A DNA stretch of 7,669 bases. Origin: a virus. Location of the stretch: IMG/VR virus record IMGVR_UViG_3300028892_001511, one strand, 5' to 3'. A model generated the notes under the pieces. The model was not told the origin of the DNA. It saw only the letters and a program-made list of their open reading frames with translations, and made no database searches. Shown here piece after piece: positions 3,708-7,669 of this stretch. Within the stretch, counting starts at the first letter, position 1, and every line of letters begins with the position of its first letter. Made by a program: the position numbers and the translations under genes.

Positions 3708-5261
3708 ATGAGATTTTTTAAATATTTAGTTCTTATCTTTGTATCGATCATAACAACAAATGCATTCGCTGATTGGAAAGCATCTTCATCTAATAAAGTC
3801 TTCACTGCTTCTACACCTGATGCTGCTTGTCGTGGGCTTTTTGAGCTAGTTTATCCAAATGGTACGCCATGGGTTTATAAAGGTCCTAATGCTGCTAATA
3901 CGCTCTGTACAATGTCGGGAAGCAGTGGAGGTGCAGTTCTTGGTAGTTTACAAGAAGTTGCATCAGCTAAATGTCCTTCCGTTAGCTATCCTGCGGATTT
4001 CCACATGGGGGCGAATGGTGAAGTACCTGTCAGACGTTGTATGACGATTGGCGGTGTAATGTGTTCATTCTCTGCTCAGGGCAAAGAACCGTTTTGGGTG
4101 ACGCTTTCAGGTGGTTCTACACCGACACGCCAACTCTATTCTGACAGCGAAACTCCAAGCCCTTCTTGTACTCCTCTTGATTCTGGCCAGTGCGATACAA
4201 AGGACCCGTATGGGGGTTGTTATAAACCGCCAAACGATGGCTGTATCAGAAACAAGGACGGTTCTATTAATTGCCCAAACAATGAAGAGCCTGACGTTAA
4301 ACAGGGCTGTGAAAATGGGGCTACATACTGTGATCGTCCAAGCGGTGGTTGTGGTTCTGGCTACGTGTCAGGTTCATTCAATGGTAAGCAAATCTGTGTT
4401 AAGTCTGGCTCTGGTTCTGGTCGAGATGGTAAAGACGGGAAGGACGGAAAAGACGGCAAAGATGGACTTGACGGAAAGGATGGCAAAGACGGGCTTGATG
4501 GTAAAGACGGTGCCGATGGTGCTCCAGGCTTAAACGGTCTCGATGGTAAAGATGGCAAAGACGGTTTAAATGGCCGTAACGGTTTAGATGGCAAAGATGG
4601 TCTTGACGGTAAAGATGGAAAAGATGTTGATAGTTCAGGAATTATCAATGCAATCAATGCCATGTCAGACCGTTTAAATAGTGCAATTGATACGTTAAAA
4701 AATAATATATCTGCATTAATGGATTCGGTGAAAGGTCTTTTAGATTCGATCAAAGACGAACAAAAAGAAACCAATTCAAAGCTGGATAAATCCAATGAGC
4801 ATCTCGATAAGATCGAAAAAAATGGAACTGATGCCAATGGACATTTAGATGCCATTGAAGAAGCTACACGGGCAACCAGTGAAGGCGTAGGCACATCCAA
4901 TAAACATCTGGAAGCGATTGAAGAATCAGGCAGGGCTGCAAGTGAAAGTCTTGGTGATATCAAGCAATTTATTAAAGATGGAAAAGATGAAGTAGGCAGT
5001 ACAGATGATACTGGTGTCCCGATCTTGAACTATGAAGTACCTGAACCGACACAACAAGAATATCTCGGTTGGACTGCATCATGTCCAGTTCAACCAAAAT
5101 CGAACGCAATTGCGCTTAATGGTATTTCAGTCACGATTGAATCAGATTTCACACTTACATGTGATATGGCTTTGGCTGTTAGACCATTTGTATTGGCTGC
5201 GGGTGCAATCATTGCGTTCTTGATTGCTTCTGGCGTATGGATGGGCAGAGGAGAGAACTAA
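3708..5261 (+). CDS. Minor coat / host-adsorption protein (pIII / OrfU-like), 517 aa
   Basis: AAGGGA lies 8 nt upstream of the ATG. The signal peptide is MRFFKYLVLIFVSIITTNAFA|DW. The N-terminal half is Cys-rich, followed by a repetitive linker. The C-terminal hydrophobic anchor is FVLAAGAIIAFLIASGVW followed by MGRGEN. The gene sits between the coat gene and the pVI-like gene. Confidence 0.8.
   Translation: MRFFKYLVLIFVSIITTNAFADWKASSSNKVFTASTPDAACRGLFELVYPNGTPWVYKGPNAANTLCTMSGSSGGAVLGSLQEVASAKCPSVSYPADFHMGANGEVPVRRCMTIGGVMCSFSAQGKEPFWVTLSGGSTPTRQLYSDSETPSPSCTPLDSGQCDTKDPYGGCYKPPNDGCIRNKDGSINCPNNEEPDVKQGCENGATYCDRPSGGCGSGYVSGSFNGKQICVKSGSGSGRDGKDGKDGKDGKDGLDGKDGKDGLDGKDGADGAPGLNGLDGKDGKDGLNGRNGLDGKDGLDGKDGKDVDSSGIINAINAMSDRLNSAIDTLKNNISALMDSVKGLLDSIKDEQKETNSKLDKSNEHLDKIEKNGTDANGHLDAIEEATRATSEGVGTSNKHLEAIEESGRAASESLGDIKQFIKDGKDEVGSTDDTGVPILNYEVPEPTQQEYLGWTASCPVQPKSNAIALNGISVTIESDFTLTCDMALAVRPFVLAAGAIIAFLIASGVWMGRGEN
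4419..4625 (+). repeat. In-frame collagen-like repeat: 23 uninterrupted G-X-Y triplets (mostly GKD/GLD) inside the pIII-like gene
   Basis: Read by hand, the triplets are GRD GKD GKD GKD GKD GLD GKD GKD GLD GKD GAD GAP GLN GLD GKD GKD GLN GRN GLD GKD GLD GKD GKD. The DNA shows degenerate 9-nt periodicity. Confidence 0.9.
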
Positions 5262-5548
5262 TGTTGAGATTCTTTGTATTACTTGCTGAATGGCTATTAA
5301 AGACAGGTGTTAAAACTGCTTTGGCTGCTGCGGGTCTTGGTCTAGCAACTACGGCTGGATCTCTTTATGCAATCAATACCTATATTTCACGTTTAGTTAG
5401 TCAAGCAAATAGCATCACAACTGACACGATACAGTTGTTAGCAACATCAGGATTTCATATTGCATTCTCAATGGTGATTGGGGCTGTTGTATGGCGCATA
5501 ACGCTTAACTCTGCATCTAGTGCAGTTAAATTGGTGGCTAAATCATGA
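5261..5548 (+). CDS. pVI / Ace-like small hydrophobic virion-cap protein (95 aa from ATG 5261)
   Basis: GAGGAG at 5248-5253 sits 7 nt upstream of ATG 5261, which overlaps the pIII stop as TAATG. The ORF-track start at 5237 lacks an SD. The protein has several hydrophobic segments. Its position between the pIII-like and Zot-like genes matches Ff gVI and CTXphi ace. Confidence 0.65.
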   Translation: MLRFFVLLAEWLLKTGVKTALAAAGLGLATTAGSLYAINTYISRLVSQANSITTDTIQLLATSGFHIAFSMVIGAVVWRITLNSASSAVKLVAKS

Positions 5549-6816
5549 GTACGATTAGATTGGTTACTGGTGGCATCGGTGCTGCTAAAACACTTTGGGT
5601 AATGGACCAACTGTTTAAACTTAAGAACAATCATCCTGAGCGTAAGGTTTACACGGATATCACGGGCATTCGACATACTGGTGTTGAATCAGTACCAGAA
5701 GATTTTGATTGGCGTGATGCTGAAAATAACAGTTTGATTATCTTTGATGAGGTTCAATACAAGGATTTATTTAGTCGTCATAATTCTAAACGTGACAAAC
5801 AAATCCTTGATTTAACAACGATTCGGAAACGTGGTATTGAACTCTGGTTAATCACTCAACGTTCTAGATTTTTAAATCCCGATGTGCTTGGCTTGGTCAA
5901 TGAACATGTGCATTTAGAAAAGACGGGTGATAAAACAGCAAAGGTTTACATCTGGCATGAAGCTAAAACAGCTATGACTAAGATGGATAAATTGATGCCA
6001 TTTGAGAAATATATCTGGCAGCATCCAGAGCATTTATATGGCTTCTATGAATCAATTCAACCAGATGCCAAGCATCACAAACGTAGCTATTTCAATAAAG
6101 GGATTATTGCAGTTGTAGTCACGTTGTTATTTGCTGCAATCCCTGCATGGTACATCATCAAACAAGGTTCGAGTTCGGGTATTGAAGCAAGTTCAAGCAA
6201 TGCAGCACCAGAAAAGAAAGCTGAACCTACTGCAGAACAAGTACAAGCACAACCTACTGAAATGCAAAATAAAATCAATCTGTGTATGGTTCAATACAAA
6301 TGGTCGTATGAGCAATGTAGAGAAGCTGTAGACCCTGAATACCTGAAGGCAAATAATGATGCAATGCTCGCAAAAACCAACAATTCAATGGAAGCTATTT
6401 CTATTAAGTATAATCCTGCCAAGCCGTATGATACCGAATACAGTGCAGATTACTCGGCAACAGCTAAGCCAGTATTTTCGGGCTGTGTCAAATATGGAAA
6501 TAGATACGTTGCTTATACGCAGCAAGGAACTCGTCTGGACGTTGATGCTAGTGTTTGTCAGCGACTTATTAATGAAGGTGACAGACCATTTAATTATTTC
6601 GCTAATCCTACTAACGGTCTTAACAGCATGTCTGGTGCTACTGGCCTACAAGATAATTCAGCTAATCTTACAACTAATAGAGCTATACAATTAACGCCTG
6701 CGGAATCTAAGGCTTATCTTGAGTACATGCAAGACAGGAATCAGGCAAACAATATTGTTGTTGAGTCTCAGACACTTAGACAAACACACGGTATAAGTTC
6801 AGCGAACGCATTATGA
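5545..6816 (+). CDS. Zot / pI-type assembly ATPase, 423 aa
   Basis: The start is coupled to the previous gene by ATGA. The N-terminal P-loop is GGIGAAKT (5569-5592) and the Walker B motif is LIIFDE. A single TM segment GIIAVVVTLLFAAIPAWYII lies at 6100-6159. It is followed by a Ser/Ala/Glu-rich linker and a C-terminal domain with 4 Cys. This architecture is typical of pI/Zot. Confidence 0.8.
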   Translation: MSTIRLVTGGIGAAKTLWVMDQLFKLKNNHPERKVYTDITGIRHTGVESVPEDFDWRDAENNSLIIFDEVQYKDLFSRHNSKRDKQILDLTTIRKRGIELWLITQRSRFLNPDVLGLVNEHVHLEKTGDKTAKVYIWHEAKTAMTKMDKLMPFEKYIWQHPEHLYGFYESIQPDAKHHKRSYFNKGIIAVVVTLLFAAIPAWYIIKQGSSSGIEASSSNAAPEKKAEPTAEQVQAQPTEMQNKINLCMVQYKWSYEQCREAVDPEYLKANNDAMLAKTNNSMEAISIKYNPAKPYDTEYSADYSATAKPVFSGCVKYGNRYVAYTQQGTRLDVDASVCQRLINEGDRPFNYFANPTNGLNSMSGATGLQDNSANLTTNRAIQLTPAESKAYLEYMQDRNQANNIVVESQTLRQTHGISSANAL

Positions 6817-7116
6817 TGATTTGAATTTCCTTTCCCTGATTACAAAATCCCTTATCCGGATGTGACGAGGAATTAGCAAAAAACTGTCTTCAGGGGAATT
6901 AGATCACATCGTGTATCAATTAAAATCCTGTACCATTTCTGCGTGATCTAAGGCGTAGTCTAGACAGTTTGACTTGATGCATAACGCCTCCAGAGGAAAT
7001 CCTCTTGATATGAGATTCGGTAGTTGAAGACCTGATTTATAAAAGAAAAATAGTGTAATGAGCCAAGACATCAAGGCTCACACTAATTCTTTAAGCAGCA
7101 AGGCTCACGAAATTGA

Positions 7117-7492
7117 CGCGCGCACTTTTCCCAGCATTATTTCGTAGCGTGTGCAGGTCTTTGCAGATGCGTACCAGTGACTTCGAAAACGCCTTTGGTG
7201 TACCTAAACAACGAAAAACCAAGATTAAAAAATCTATGATTAAGTTCAGCAACAAGGTTGTGGGTTGAGTTATTTCCTGTTGATTAAACCTGTTGGTAAG
7301 TCAACGTATAACATCAATTCGTTATGCGGACTTATCAATAGCGTTTATCAACAGATCAGAAATAACGTTCCGAAGGACAATCCACATCCTTGGCTGAACT
7401 GCTTTTGATCTGGTCGAGTTGGTAGGTCACAGTTAAGAATCACTAGCACTGAAAAACCAAAAAAAGAGAAGAAAAGTGGAAAAGTGCGCGCG
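7117..7492. repeat. 15-bp perfect inverted repeat (7117-7131 CGCGCGCACTTTTCC / 7478-7492 GGAAAAGTGCGCGCG) enclosing 346 bp of non-coding DNA
   Basis: I paired the arms base by base. The right arm extends into an alternating (CG)n run, 7485-7496 TGCGCGCGCGCG. It is preceded by a tandem GAAAAGTG x2 (7471-7486) and a purine-rich tract at about 7451-7486. Confidence 0.7.
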
Positions 7493-7525
7493 CGCGATTT
7501 ACGGGAAACCTGATTAAATAATTCG

Positions 7526-7669
7526 TGGGAAGATGGCTAAGCGCGAATGGAACGGAAAGAGAGTTAAATCAGGTCGGCAACGGTAAGGCACTGTATTTTG
7601 CAAGACAAGCCTCGCAAACTTGCGCAGACTCACCAGAGCGCAAGTTGAGAAGTGTTCGGATTTCGCATA
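7526..7669. repeat. Terminal direct repeat, copy 2 (identical to 1-144)
   Basis: Same comparison as copy 1. This copy stops at the window end inside the XerC-arm-like sequence ATTTCGCATA(A). Confidence 0.95.

Larger units (their letters stand above)
1..7525 (+). mobile_element. One full genome unit of a filamentous ssDNA phage (inovirus). Module order is CTXphi-like: repressor / Rep / ssDNA-binding protein / small ORFs / major coat / pIII-like / pVI-like / Zot-pI / non-coding region with dif-like attP.
   Basis: The unit length of 7,525 nt is set by the exact repeat 1-144 = 7526-7669. All long ORFs but one lie on a single strand and are tightly packed, with ATGA/TAATG overlaps. A coat precursor, a Zot-type P-loop protein with one TM segment and a pIII-like protein with signal peptide and C-terminal anchor are all present. 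The size is typical of Inoviridae. Confidence 0.85.

Noticed and set aside
4111-4533. 140-aa plus-strand ORF in an alternative frame; also 3859-4044 and 5032-5223
   Set aside because: All three are nested out of frame inside the pIII-like CDS. They lack ribosome-binding sites, and their composition reflects the overlapping frame.
4419-4625. Tandem DNA repeat considered as a CRISPR array or non-coding satellite
   Set aside because: The periodicity is 9 nt, in frame, and there is no repeat-spacer structure. It encodes G-X-Y triplets within a continuous ORF.
4361-4963. 200-aa minus-strand ORF rich in PSLPS/KP repeats
   Set aside because: It is the antisense shadow of the G-X-Y and coiled-coil coding repeats of the pIII-like gene. 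The low-complexity repeat keeps the reverse frame open. It has no SD and lies entirely inside a well-supported gene.
5455-6694. Overlapping ORFs 5455-5676 (-), 6087-6278 (-), 6131-6331 (+) and 6356-6694 (+)
   Set aside because: All are nested in or antisense to the pVI-like and Zot-like genes. They show no start-site signals and are most simply frame shadows in AT-rich coding DNA.
6916-7268. Small ORFs in the non-coding region: 6916-7071 (-) 51 aa, 7058-7147 (+) 29 aa and 7167-7268 (+) 33 aa; also 8-61 (+) 17 aa
   Set aside because: None has a convincing SD at proper spacing. The sequences overlap repeat and hairpin elements, and the lengths are within chance expectation for AT-rich DNA.
7117-7492. 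MITE or IS-like insertion bounded by the 15-bp inverted repeats
   Set aside because: There is no flanking target-site duplication, no transposase and no internal complementarity beyond the arms. It is kept as an open possibility under the non-coding-region finding, not called as a mobile element.

Overview
The window holds about 1.02 copies of a 7,525-nt filamentous ssDNA phage genome (Inoviridae-like). Bases 1-144 are repeated exactly at 7526-7669, so it is a circular genome or replicative form written with an overlap, or part of a tandem prophage array. Gene order is CTXphi-like. A small repressor sits on the minus strand (641-841), divergent from a plus-strand operon. That operon encodes a rolling-circle Rep (about 949-2193), a putative ssDNA-binding protein (2204-2539) and four or five small overlapping ORFs. 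These are followed by the major coat precursor (3266-3535), a pIII-like adsorption protein (3708-5261), a pVI/Ace-like protein (5261-5548) and a Zot/pI-type assembly ATPase (5545-6816). Next comes roughly 0.85-1 kb without convincing ORFs (6817-7525 continuing into 1-282), rich in hairpins and repeats. No integrase and no pIV-type secretin are present. The points most worth follow-up: (1) two inverted dif-like XerC/XerD sites (135-163 and 250-278) that can fold in the + strand into a forked hairpin like the CTXphi attP; (2) an array of TTGTCAT operator-like repeats over the rep promoter, plus a perfect 14-bp palindrome with the same half-site on the far side of the repressor gene; (3) a pIII-like protein whose linker is 23 uninterrupted collagen-like G-X-Y triplets followed by a heptad coiled coil; (4) a 66-aa protein with an exact classical zinc-finger spacing; (5) a GC-rich pair of mutually exclusive hairpins after the coat gene, next to an unlisted 21-codon hydrophobic ORF; (6) an unlisted 38-codon ORF coupled by ATGA overlaps at both ends. 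All functional calls rest on motifs, architecture and synteny read by eye. No homology search was possible, and the host is unknown (an AT-rich gammaproteobacterium is plausible).
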